A stretch of 64,000 bases of DNA from an uncultured virus (IMG/VR IMGVR_UViG_3300021963_007405) (Duplodnaviria > Heunggongvirae > Uroviricota > Caudoviricetes). The notes under the pieces were generated by a model that searched no databases, had not been told where the DNA came from, and saw nothing but the letters and a program-made list of their open reading frames with translations. Positions 26,309 through 36,144 of this stretch are shown piece by piece (the stretch's first letter is position 1; every line of letters begins with the position of its first letter). The stretch is taken from IMG/VR virus record IMGVR_UViG_3300021963_007405; one strand, given 5' to 3'. The position numbers were made by a program, and so were the translations under genes.

Positions 26309-27457
26309 TTATTGACTAGCTTTTAGAAGAGCTTCTAGTTTACCATTTGGAGTTGTAATTCCACCAATAGCTGTAAAGATAGAAAGTCCTTCTTTTACTC
26401 CCTTATAAACACCTTGATGAACAGTGCTGTTAGTCTTCAAAGTTCTATTAAGTTGATTGAAAGCGTTGTCTAAATATTCTTGAGGAATATTATCTAGCGT
26501 CTTTTCATCACAAATAGCCACAGCAGCAGCGGTGCTACCAGTAGAAAGATCAAGCTCGCCGCAAAGAACATTTCTCTTGAGATTTTCGCGAACTGCTTTG
26601 CTGATTTCGGCTTCGTTGCTATGATTAGTAATGTTAGCTGCACCAAAAACCATAATACCAGAATCGAGAACAGTTCTAAAATCATTTGTATCAAATGTGC
26701 TATATTGACTATTCTTAGTAATAATATTATTAAATAAATGGAATAAAGAACAAATATTTGCGTTTGCTACTTGCCAAAACTTATTTACAGAGAGCTTTGG
26801 ATAAAGAGTATTAATTCTTTCATTATCAAGAATAATAAGAGGAGAAACAATCTTTTGCTCTACTAGTTCACAAGCTTCCTTTAGTGTCTCATAAGCATTT
26901 TGACTAACTTTCTTACCTTCAGAAAGCTTTGGCAAAGCGAGAATTAGACCAACATAAGGAGAACTTGCCTTTACAGTATTTTGATATTCCTTAACAGTCT
27001 TAACGAGTTCGGAGCAAACACCAGCACCAGTTCCACCACCAGCACCAACTGTTACAAAAATACGATCTATATCCGTACCAATTGAAGATTTAATAAAATC
27101 GACTACATCTTCTTTACTATTTAAGAAAGCTTGTTTAGCAAACTCTCTATTCTTTCCTGCTCCTTGCTGCTCGCCAAACTTCATTTTGTTTGGTACATTG
27201 ATAGTAGCAAGATCTTGATCAGCAGTATTAATTACACCAACGCGAGCATAACCAATTTGAGAGAATGTTTCAGCTAATTTGCCGCCACCTTGACCAGCAC
27301 CAATAAAGCCAAATTTAAAACCAACTGCATCTTTGTCCTTTGGTTCGGGTTTTTCTGATTGAGGAGGCTCAGGAATATCTGGCATCGCAAAATCAAACGT
27401 ATCGTTTGAAGCTGGAGGATTTGGATTCATACCGTAAATAGGATTATGATCGTTCAT
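26309..27457 (-). CDS. Tubulin/FtsZ-family GTPase
   Basis: GAGQGG, GGGTGAG tubulin signature, ILDN, T7-like DTNDF. Confidence 0.9.
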   Translation of the reverse strand: MNDHNPIYGMNPNPPASNDTFDFAMPDIPEPPQSEKPEPKDKDAVGFKFGFIGAGQGGGKLAETFSQIGYARVGVINTADQDLATINVPNKMKFGEQQGAGKNREFAKQAFLNSKEDVVDFIKSSIGTDIDRIFVTVGAGGGTGAGVCSELVKTVKEYQNTVKASSPYVGLILALPKLSEGKKVSQNAYETLKEACELVEQKIVSPLIILDNERINTLYPKLSVNKFWQVANANICSLFHLFNNIITKNSQYSTFDTNDFRTVLDSGIMVFGAANITNHSNEAEISKAVRENLKRNVLCGELDLSTGSTAAAVAICDEKTLDNIPQEYLDNAFNQLNRTLKTNSTVHQGVYKGVKEGLSIFTAIGGITTPNGKLEALLKASQ

Positions 27458-27460
27458 ATA

Positions 27461-27664
27461 TTATAGAATGTTTAAACTGTCGCCTTTGCGAACATCATCC
27501 CAACTAGTTTCGCCCTTGGATTTGTGACGAATCTTATATTGAGAATAACAAACAGCAGCGCGTTGCTTTTGATCCTTAAAATCTTTATTCATCATATCGT
27601 CACCCATGCAACGACTAACGAATTCTTGTTCTGTTTCTTTCTTAGATGGTTTAGGAAGTGGCAT
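27461..27664 (-). CDS. Small phage protein (EFVSRCM...AAVCYSQY type)
   Basis: Start at MPLPKP, 10 nt after GTGTAA. Confidence 0.65.
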   Translation of the reverse strand: MPLPKPSKKETEQEFVSRCMGDDMMNKDFKDQKQRAAVCYSQYKIRHKSKGETSWDDVRKGDSLNIL

Positions 27665-27669
27665 ATAAA

Positions 27670-30075
27670 TTAAATTACACAAATATTGTTATCCTTAACA
27701 GAAATTTCCAAATTTAATTTTTTATCAGAATCAAGCATTTTTTCTGCAACTTGTGTTTGTAGCTCTCGCTGAATAGTTTTGATAACTTGTCGTGCGCCAA
27801 AGTTATTAAATTGTATTTTATCAAAAATAAAATTCGTTATTTCTGGAGAGTATTTTATATTAACATTTCTCTCTAATAGATCTGTCTTAAATAATTGTAA
27901 TTCTTTATCAATGATTAGTTTAATTTGTTCTTGCTCAAGAGCGTCAAAAATAACTACTTCATCAATGCGATTCAGTAGATCAGGTGGAAAATGCTTCTTA
28001 ATAGAAGAAAGCACATCAGATTTGCCAGCTTTCTGTTTTCCAAATCCTATAGCTGAATGATTAACAACTTCAGCACCAATATTTGTTGTCATAACAATCA
28101 TGGTGTTAGAAAAATCAACCATCTTTCCAGAAGAGTCTGTTATCTTTCCTTCTTCAAGGATTTGTAACAAAGAGTACAAAACATCTTGATCAGCCTTTTG
28201 AATTTCATCAAAAAGAATTAAAGAATATGGATTCTTTCTTACCTTTTCAGTTAATACTCCACCTTTATCAAATCCAATATAACCGGGACTAGATCCAACT
28301 AGTTTATTTACGGCGGTCTTGTCTGTGTATTCAGACATATCAATTGTTATAAAATTATTCTTATTAATGAATAATGTTTCAGCAATTATCTTTGCAGTCA
28401 TTGTCTTGCCAACACCCGTTGGTCCAGCATAAAGCATTGAACAAATGGGTTTATTTGGATTGCGGAAACCAGCTTTCGCTCTGATTAAAGATTTATATAT
28501 ATGTTCAATTTGATTATCTTGACCAAATACTTGTTCTTTTAGCTTAATTTTAAGCAATTTAACTTTATCAAAGTCTTGTAATTTCAAATCATCAATTGGA
28601 ATATTAGTTTTATCAGAGACGACTTCTAAAATATCGGTGTTTGTGACTTGATATCTATTGTTACGCCAATTAGTAATCATCTTTTTTGTAGACTCTTCAT
28701 ACTCAACCAACAACTCTTCTAAAGAAGAAATCTTTTTCTTCTCTATTGTTTGCTTATTAGAATCTACAAATTTACTGAGTTTCTTTTCTATCTTAAGCAT
28801 TTCAGGAGACTTTACAAAGTTCTTTAATTTAACTTTAGCTCCTACTTGATCAATAATGTCTAAAGCTTTGTCAGGAAATCTTCCTTCAATATATTTTTCA
28901 GCACTATTAATAATAAAATGAATAACATCGTCAGAAAAATCTATGACATGAAAATTTTCATATCCACTTTTAATATTCTTAATTAGATTAAAAGTTTGTT
29001 CTTTAGTGGGTTCTTCAATTTTAATAATCTGAAAACGCCTAGATAAAGCTGGGTCATCAGATATAGTCTTCTTGTATTCGTCGAAAGTGGTAGCACCAAT
29101 GCAGCTAATTTCTCCTCTAGCTAAATAAGGTTTTAGAATATTGGCGACATCATTTCCATTTTCTGGATTGCCAGCACCAATGATTGTATGAATTTCATCT
29201 ATAAATAGAACAATATATGGATCATCTGTGATTTCTTTTAGAAGATTTTTAATTTTCTCTTCAAATTCACCACGGAATTTGCATCCAGCAATCATCATTG
29301 GAATATCCAAACTATAGATTTGCTTTAAACTAAGCAGGTCAGACGCTTCACCTTTAACGATGGCTTGAGCTAAAGATTCGACTAAAGCGGTTTTACCTAC
29401 ACCAGCTTCGCCTACAATAAGTGGATTATTCTTATTCTTACGACAAAGAACTTCTGAGATCTTTTGAATCAGTTCTTTATTAAGATGTAGATTATTTATT
29501 TTACCATTAACAACTTGTATATTAAGATTATTAGCATAAGTATTTAAAACCTTATATTTCTTTATATCAAAAGTTTGTTTCGCTTCATTAGGACTGTTTA
29601 TTTCCTCCTCAACGCTTGGCAACATATCGTCATCTTCTAGTTTTTGCTCAACATAGTCCACGACTTTAACAAAATCATAATTATAATCAATCAAATAAAG
29701 TTCAAAAGTCTGATTAGGAACTTCAAATAAACTTAAAAATACATGTTCTAATCCAATGTATTTATGATCGAATTTGGAAGATATAGTTTTGGCGCATTTA
29801 AAAACATTAGTTACACCTTCAGATAATAAAGGCTTTAACGTAGCTTTCTTTTGTGCTGGAACATTAGCTTTTAGAAATACTATAGCACTATTCTTTATCT
29901 TTAAAGAATCTATGCCAAAATTTCCAAACGCTTCTTCTATTTGACTCTGCTTAAGATTCAAAAAACTTATAAATAAATGAAGATGCGTGATCTCTGTATG
30001 CTTGAGATCTACAGCTATTTTATAAGCTTCTTTGATTAGCTTTTGCGCTCTTGGTGTTAAATTTAAATTTTTCAT
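27670..30075 (-). CDS. ClpA/ClpC-family AAA+ chaperone
   Basis: Clp N repeats, [29 protein letters not shown], pore loop GYIG. Confidence 0.93.
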   Translation of the reverse strand: MKNLNLTPRAQKLIKEAYKIAVDLKHTEITHLHLFISFLNLKQSQIEEAFGNFGIDSLKIKNSAIVFLKANVPAQKKATLKPLLSEGVTNVFKCAKTISSKFDHKYIGLEHVFLSLFEVPNQTFELYLIDYNYDFVKVVDYVEQKLEDDDMLPSVEEEINSPNEAKQTFDIKKYKVLNTYANNLNIQVVNGKINNLHLNKELIQKISEVLCRKNKNNPLIVGEAGVGKTALVESLAQAIVKGEASDLLSLKQIYSLDIPMMIAGCKFRGEFEEKIKNLLKEITDDPYIVLFIDEIHTIIGAGNPENGNDVANILKPYLARGEISCIGATTFDEYKKTISDDPALSRRFQIIKIEEPTKEQTFNLIKNIKSGYENFHVIDFSDDVIHFIINSAEKYIEGRFPDKALDIIDQVGAKVKLKNFVKSPEMLKIEKKLSKFVDSNKQTIEKKKISSLEELLVEYEESTKKMITNWRNNRYQVTNTDILEVVSDKTNIPIDDLKLQDFDKVKLLKIKLKEQVFGQDNQIEHIYKSLIRAKAGFRNPNKPICSMLYAGPTGVGKTMTAKIIAETLFINKNNFITIDMSEYTDKTAVNKLVGSSPGYIGFDKGGVLTEKVRKNPYSLILFDEIQKADQDVLYSLLQILEEGKITDSSGKMVDFSNTMIVMTTNIGAEVVNHSAIGFGKQKAGKSDVLSSIKKHFPPDLLNRIDEVVIFDALEQEQIKLIIDKELQLFKTDLLERNVNIKYSPEITNFIFDKIQFNNFGARQVIKTIQRELQTQVAEKMLDSDKKLNLEISVKDNNICVI

Positions 30076-32624
30076 TCTATGTCAGACAACTTCATGTAGA
30101 TCTTGTCGTCCAAGATTCCGATGTTCTCTATCCATAGCACATCGTCACCCTTTCTGCCAGTGAAAACCACAATACTTTCCTTGTCTGGAATTTTAAGACC
30201 GTCTTCAAGATACTCTGTTAATCTTTGGTGTTTTCCACCATCTAAAAACATCGCACTTACGCTGCCAACTTCATCTTTCAATTGGAATCTATAGAATGTA
30301 GAATTAGACTTCTTAGTCTTACCCTTGTAAACATCATCTATCACTCCAACCATCTTTACTCTGTCTTCTTTAAAAACAGATTGAAATTCCATTGTATCTG
30401 TAAACGTACATTCAGATTGCTGAAAAATAGTCTTTAGTCGAATAGTTGGAGTATAACCTAAGAGCCTATTTTCAAAGACCCAATTAGCAAACTTCTCATG
30501 ATTCTTGTTTTGCTCGTAGATTTTTTTATACTCATCGTACTTTTTTCTAAAGGTGACTTTACGCTTTTCATTCATGAATGGTTTACCACTTTCATTGAGA
30601 GATTGAGCCTTGAAAGCGCATTCACTTACGATAGTTAAAATATCGTAGTCGTATTTAGGTCCAACACTGCAAGCGAATTTCTTTTCTTTATCAGTTAAAA
30701 TATTGAAGGTTTGAGCTTCAAGAACCAAACGTGATCGTCTGTGAGTATATGAACTTAGAGTTCCAGCTTGAATCAAAGAAGAAAGCAAACCGATATTAAT
30801 GCCAGCTTGTTTAGCGGCAATAAAAATATCAAACTTTGTTGGAGTGTTTGTTTCTCTGAAGCTTTGAAGGGCTTGTAATGTCTTTTCAGAAACGCCTTTA
30901 ATAGAATTTAATCCAAAACGAATATTACCATCTTCAATCTTAAAATCTAATGCAGACTTTGCTAGATCAGGAGGTAGAAGTTTGATATCAAAATATACTA
31001 GCTCTTTTGAAATCTTGTTAATTTCTTGATGTGAATCAGGCTCATATTTAGACAACTGAAGCAATGCCAAGAAAAATTCATGCGGATACTTGAATTTTAG
31101 ATAAGCAGTCCACGCAGCCAAAATAGCATAAGAGATAGAGTGAGATTTATTGAACGAATAGTTCGCTGAGTCTTCAGCTACTTTCCACAATACATCGCCA
31201 ATCGCAGGATCAAGATTCTGTTCAGATACTTTCTGACGAATCTTTCCTTGCCATGCTGGCATTTGATCTACCTTCTTTTTACCAACGATACGTCGCAACT
31301 GCTCCGACTCATCAAGAGTGAATCCCAAACGCACGGCCATCTTCATCAACTGCTCTTGATAAAGAGGAATACCACCAGTATATGAAAGCTCCTCTTTAAA
31401 GAAATCGTGAACAAGCTGGAATACTCCTGAAGCTGAATATGTAGCATACTGATCAGCGAAGTCCAATGCACCGGGACGAGCAATAGCAACTACCGCGCTA
31501 AGCTGTTCAAGAGACTTGGGCTTAACTTTACGGCATACCTTAAAGTTGGTTTCCGCTTCAATCTGGAATAGACCTTGTGGAGTACGAAGATTCTGAAAGC
31601 TTTCATAAATGAAAGGATCTTCTGGATCAATAGAAGTCATTTCAATATTCAGTCTCTTACAAACTTCGCTGACTACAGTCAAAGTTCTTAAGCCAAGAAC
31701 ATCGAACTTAACCATTAGTTCGGCTACATAATTCATATCATAGCCGCTAACTAAATCACCGTCAGAAGTCTTTTGAACTGGGCAAACTTCTTCGATCTTA
31801 TAATAAGAAATAGCAATACCAGAAGGATGAACGCCAGTATTCTTATTCAGCCCTTCAATCTTCTTAGCTATTTCAAATACGAATTTATTTTGATCAACCC
31901 AAGCTTTGAATTTATCATTAGCTTTATACGCTTCTTCTAAATCAAAAACCCGTCCAAATAGTTTGGGAATATTGTCGCTAACTTCATTAACATCTGTTTC
32001 AGATAAAGCACCAACAATCTTTCCGCACTCTTTAATACAAAGCTTACTAGAAAGAGTATTGAGAGTTAAGATCTTCGATGTTTTGCCTAGATGTTTTTGC
32101 TCAATATACTTAATTACTTCTGCGCGTCTGTCATAGCTGATATCGTTATCTACGTCAGGAAGAAGCGAGCCATCAAGATAAGTAATGTCGTCTTTAACGA
32201 TCTTCTTAGCGCGGGAACGACTGACGAAACGCTCAAAGAAGAGTTCGTATTTTATGGGATCAACTTTCGTAACACCCACAACAAACAGAACCAAAGAACC
32301 CGCAGCACTACCACGACCAGCACCAGTGGGAATATTATTCTCATGGCAGAAATTAAGAATATCCCAGTTGAGAAGTACATAATCAACGAAGTCAAGTTCT
32401 TTGAAGATATCCAACTCCATCTCCAAACGCTCTATATATTGATTATTGTTTAATCCCAAATTATTTAAACTGCGATAACAAAGCGTCTTTAGAAAAGTAA
32501 AATTGTCTGAAGAAATAGGAATCTTCAGCAAATCATAATATTTGCCTTCAATAGAGATTTGAGGCAAACGAACGCCGGGAAGCATAGCGTTGTCGTAAGG
32601 TTTAATATCTTGTAAAAAATTCAT
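30072..32624 (-). CDS. dnaE: DNA polymerase III alpha, catalytic core lacking PHP
   Basis: GRGSAAGS, PDVDND, KFDVLGL, FNKSHS. Confidence 0.93.
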   Translation of the reverse strand: MNFLQDIKPYDNAMLPGVRLPQISIEGKYYDLLKIPISSDNFTFLKTLCYRSLNNLGLNNNQYIERLEMELDIFKELDFVDYVLLNWDILNFCHENNIPTGAGRGSAAGSLVLFVVGVTKVDPIKYELFFERFVSRSRAKKIVKDDITYLDGSLLPDVDNDISYDRRAEVIKYIEQKHLGKTSKILTLNTLSSKLCIKECGKIVGALSETDVNEVSDNIPKLFGRVFDLEEAYKANDKFKAWVDQNKFVFEIAKKIEGLNKNTGVHPSGIAISYYKIEEVCPVQKTSDGDLVSGYDMNYVAELMVKFDVLGLRTLTVVSEVCKRLNIEMTSIDPEDPFIYESFQNLRTPQGLFQIEAETNFKVCRKVKPKSLEQLSAVVAIARPGALDFADQYATYSASGVFQLVHDFFKEELSYTGGIPLYQEQLMKMAVRLGFTLDESEQLRRIVGKKKVDQMPAWQGKIRQKVSEQNLDPAIGDVLWKVAEDSANYSFNKSHSISYAILAAWTAYLKFKYPHEFFLALLQLSKYEPDSHQEINKISKELVYFDIKLLPPDLAKSALDFKIEDGNIRFGLNSIKGVSEKTLQALQSFRETNTPTKFDIFIAAKQAGINIGLLSSLIQAGTLSSYTHRRSRLVLEAQTFNILTDKEKKFACSVGPKYDYDILTIVSECAFKAQSLNESGKPFMNEKRKVTFRKKYDEYKKIYEQNKNHEKFANWVFENRLLGYTPTIRLKTIFQQSECTFTDTMEFQSVFKEDRVKMVGVIDDVYKGKTKKSNSTFYRFQLKDEVGSVSAMFLDGGKHQRLTEYLEDGLKIPDKESIVVFTGRKGDDVLWIENIGILDDKIYMKLSDIE

Positions 32625-33250
32625 ATTTCAATTTGCCAAAGCTGCTTCTGAAAAATCTTAAAATTCATCTGAACGTCGTACATGGAATTGTGAAGCATAT
32701 TCTCATCGAAGTCAATCTTATATTCTTTCAACTGGGTTTTAATACTTGTCTTTAATCCCTTTTCGCGGAAATCATTTAATCTATACTGCCAAAAAGTAAA
32801 ATTAGAATCTCTTTGAGGTTTGAGATTCTTTTTAATAGCTTTAGCCATACAGTTTGTATCTATAATTCTCTTAACATAAGAGAAGTCGCTTTTTTTACCC
32901 ATTAGTCTTCTATATGTATTATGAACGTACACATCAAAGCCCAATAGATTTTGTCCAATAATAAGATACTCATCATTATAAATATAATCCTCAAAAGCCT
33001 CCAGAACTTCTTTTGGATCGGCGGCTAATGAATGATATTTACGCTCATCAAAATGAGTAACAAGCTTTGCGCCTTCCGAAAGCTTTAGATCAGGCCAATA
33101 GATATGATTGTCTACTTCTTTGATTATATTGCTACCTTTAGCGATAAGATAGCTTAATTGCCAAGGCTTGTTGCTATCATCAAGCAGATTTAGATGACAG
33201 GTTTCAAAATCGAAACAAATATATTTTTGTTCTTTATTAAATCGTAGCAT
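32621..33250 (-). CDS. DEDDh 3'-5' exonuclease (proofreading)
   Basis: DFET, GFD, HNSMYD. Confidence 0.85.
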   Translation of the reverse strand: MLRFNKEQKYICFDFETCHLNLLDDSNKPWQLSYLIAKGSNIIKEVDNHIYWPDLKLSEGAKLVTHFDERKYHSLAADPKEVLEAFEDYIYNDEYLIIGQNLLGFDVYVHNTYRRLMGKKSDFSYVKRIIDTNCMAKAIKKNLKPQRDSNFTFWQYRLNDFREKGLKTSIKTQLKEYKIDFDENMLHNSMYDVQMNFKIFQKQLWQIEI

Positions 33251-33995
33251 TTTCTTCCTTCCAAGCTTCGAAGCTAAATTTATCGCTGCAAAAATGAGGC
33301 AACTCTGGTTTTTCTAGTGAACGATCTTTGCCGAAAGATCGATTACAAATTATCTTGTATGCCATAAAAGCTTTGACATCGGATTTCTTATTGTAATAAA
33401 TACTGCGAACTTTAACCATTGGCATGTCATTATTAATGGAGAATTCTTTTACCTTCTCTTGAAGTATATAATCTAAAGCCAAAGCATTGTCTTCGTAAAA
33501 CAAAGTAGCTTTAGTGAAAGAAAGATCAGGAATAGCGTTTCCAAAAGACAGATTATTTATATAAATAAATGAATCATAAAATGGAATAGCGAGCTTGAGA
33601 GACGTTTCATTCCACAACTCCTTCAGGTCGCTATAACTTAGAAATCCAGAATTAGCACAAAAGGCTTTTGAATAGATTTTATTGAGTAGCTTGCACCCAA
33701 TATCATCCTTAGCAAATATAATTACTTTATGTTGACTGCCTTCATCTTCTGGAAGAGCAGAGTTTCTCATTGAAAGTCTTAGGCCAAATATTAATTGAAT
33801 ACCCATTTCTTTGCTGCGCTTGTACGCTTCAAAGAATCCAATCAAAGAGTCTTCGACTAAAATGATTTGTTTTAGACCGTTATCTTTCGCGATTTTAAAT
33901 ACGCTATCTGATCCTCCTTCAGTAACTTTTTTGGGATCATCTAAAGTTAGTATAGATTTTCCTATACTAAAGTGTGACTTGAACAATGGCAGCAT
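33237..33995 (-). CDS. Stand-alone PHP domain of Pol III alpha
   Basis: KSHFS...AKDNGL...GIQLIFG...IIFAKDDIG..LL resembles the DnaE N-terminus. Confidence 0.8.
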   Translation of the reverse strand: MLPLFKSHFSIGKSILTLDDPKKVTEGGSDSVFKIAKDNGLKQIILVEDSLIGFFEAYKRSKEMGIQLIFGLRLSMRNSALPEDEGSQHKVIIFAKDDIGCKLLNKIYSKAFCANSGFLSYSDLKELWNETSLKLAIPFYDSFIYINNLSFGNAIPDLSFTKATLFYEDNALALDYILQEKVKEFSINNDMPMVKVRSIYYNKKSDVKAFMAYKIICNRSFGKDRSLEKPELPHFCSDKFSFEAWKEENATI

Positions 33996-34004
33996 TCTCC
34001 ATAA

Positions 34005-34032
34005 ACCTTAGCAAGAACTTAGAACTTGTCAA
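34005..34032 (-). promoter_or_regulatory. Sigma70-type promoter
   Basis: TTGACA-N16-TAAGGT, then 9 nt to ATG. Confidence 0.55.
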
Positions 34033-35068
34033 GGTCGAAATCGTCTGTGTCTTCAACTGGTTTTGGTTTAAAACAAGGACATCCATCGTATTTATTTTTT
34101 ACTATCTTCTCTCCTTCTGCTAATTTGATTTTCTGCAACTCTTTTTTAGTAAAAGCTGATTTCTTAATCTTTTCATCTTTATCTACAATTGCATAATAAT
34201 CAAATCCAAATTTATAAGTGCAATACCACATTGGAGTGCCGTCTTTTTTGATTTGATTAGGTTGTTTAGCAAATCCACAAAGAAGTTTACCAGCAAAACT
34301 TCCATCTTTAGGCATACCTTGATTTGCTGCCATATTAGATATAGCCGTCTTTTCTGTAAAAGAATCGGCGTATTTTTGATAACCAGTCAGTTCATGCTCA
34401 AAGCCAAGAAGCTCGTACTTGTCTTTGGCTTCCATAGGCATAACTCCATCAGCATTTAAATCCTGTTTCAAGAACAAGAATTCCATTTTGATATCTTTGA
34501 GGTGAGGATAAAGCTTTCTAATAGCAAGAGTGTACATATAATCTTGTAGATTATCGGTAACTTCTTTGCCCTCGTATTTCTTTTTATTAGTCTTGAAGTC
34601 TCTAATTAATACAATTCCATGATCGCCATAAATAAAAAGCTTATCGATGAAACCTTTTATTTTGTAGCAGATGTCTTCTTCTTGAACTGTAATCTCAAAA
34701 TCTTTTTCTGAAATGACCTCTGTTGGGGTGCCGTATTTGTTGCCAAAAAAATCGTACATCAATCCGTTCAAAGCCATCGAACAAATGTTTTCTAAATCAG
34801 CTTCCATATTGAGATCTTTTCTCTTAATATGTTTATGAACCATTCTTTTAATAGCTTTAGATGCAAAGATGTTTTTCTTTTTTATGATTAAATCATAATG
34901 TTTCTTGTGCCGAGGAAGACCAAGACATTCAAGAATGATATGCACAGTATCACCAATCAAAGCTCCAGAATTAGTTTTATCTGGTAACTTCAATACATAT
35001 TTGCACCAATACTGCCAAGAGCAGGATTTTAGTGTCTTTATTTTACTGGCTGATAAAGTTTCCTTCAA
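34019..35068 (-). CDS. PD-(D/E)XK exonuclease (RecB/Cas4-like)
   Basis: LSAS..C, GxxxH, KGFID, DFKT, QxxxY. Confidence 0.85.
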   Translation of the reverse strand: MKETLSASKIKTLKSCSWQYWCKYVLKLPDKTNSGALIGDTVHIILECLGLPRHKKHYDLIIKKKNIFASKAIKRMVHKHIKRKDLNMEADLENICSMALNGLMYDFFGNKYGTPTEVISEKDFEITVQEEDICYKIKGFIDKLFIYGDHGIVLIRDFKTNKKKYEGKEVTDNLQDYMYTLAIRKLYPHLKDIKMEFLFLKQDLNADGVMPMEAKDKYELLGFEHELTGYQKYADSFTEKTAISNMAANQGMPKDGSFAGKLLCGFAKQPNQIKKDGTPMWYCTYKFGFDYYAIVDKDEKIKKSAFTKKELQKIKLAEGEKIVKNKYDGCPCFKPKPVEDTDDFDLDKF

Positions 35069-36144
35069 AGCTTTAGACTTTCTAAATAATTTTTAAGGAT
35101 AGAAATAGTTTTCTTATCCTTATCGTTATTATATACATAATCAATAATGTATTCTACTTGAGTTATTCTATCTCGCTTCTTATTCTCCCATCTTTCCATT
35201 GAAATACCTTTCTCTAACATTTCGCCAAAATCTTTGCAGATAGGAAGTTTAATCTTAACCTTATCGATATCAATATATTTAATAAGCTTAAGGAATATCT
35301 TTATAGCTGCTTGAAGTCCACGATTGTCAGTTTTATCAGCGTCATTGTTCGTAGAAACGACAACTTCGTCTACAGACAAAGACATTAAATAAGATAACTG
35401 TTTAGAACTTATTTCCAAACCAAATACTACAAGATGATTATAATATCCTTGTTGAGATAATGCGAGACTATCGCCAATACCTTCTACAAGAATGATTGAG
35501 CGTTTTTCTTCAATAGTCTTTTTAAATATATTATCATCTTCAGGTTGTAAATTAATTGGATATATCCAGTTGCCTTTTCTACCAATGTGTTTCCACTTTG
35601 GAGCAGGAGCGTTTGGTTTCCAAAGCAAATGTCTGCCGCTAATTCCAATCACTTTTTTGTTTTCATCAAATATTGGAAACACGAAACGACCATTCATTTT
35701 TCCAGACATTGAAAAACCAGATCGATAAATCTCCAGAATTTCAGAACTAATGCCTTTCTTATTATAAAAATCATAATGAGGAAGTAAGGTCTTTACTTCA
35801 TCGTGGTCGAAAAATTGATCTGATTCCATTTTAGGTGTTCTGATTGATTCTATACAAGGATCATTATTATTCTTAATTGAGTGCAAGATTTCTTCTATCT
35901 GAGAATCGTCTTTGCAAGAAAGTTCAAGAAGTCTTTTAAAAGGTTGATAAGAAGTGTTTGCTACGAAATCTTTCCAAATTCCAGTGTCTTTCCAAATTTG
36001 TAGAGCGGTTCTATTATCTCCATCACGATAAACAGCGTTACATTGCCAATACTTGCCACGATCTGAGAGTTGATACCCAAGATCGATTAAAGTTTTTTCA
36101 ATGAGTTCTGCTTGATTATTAATCGAGGTTAGGTACGTCGTCAT
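35065..36144 (-). CDS. dnaG: DnaG-type primase
   Basis: RFVFPI, SGR, TOPRIM VEG..D and NDAD. Confidence 0.85.
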   Translation of the reverse strand: MTTYLTSINNQAELIEKTLIDLGYQLSDRGKYWQCNAVYRDGDNRTALQIWKDTGIWKDFVANTSYQPFKRLLELSCKDDSQIEEILHSIKNNNDPCIESIRTPKMESDQFFDHDEVKTLLPHYDFYNKKGISSEILEIYRSGFSMSGKMNGRFVFPIFDENKKVIGISGRHLLWKPNAPAPKWKHIGRKGNWIYPINLQPEDDNIFKKTIEEKRSIILVEGIGDSLALSQQGYYNHLVVFGLEISSKQLSYLMSLSVDEVVVSTNNDADKTDNRGLQAAIKIFLKLIKYIDIDKVKIKLPICKDFGEMLEKGISMERWENKKRDRITQVEYIIDYVYNNDKDKKTISILKNYLESLKL

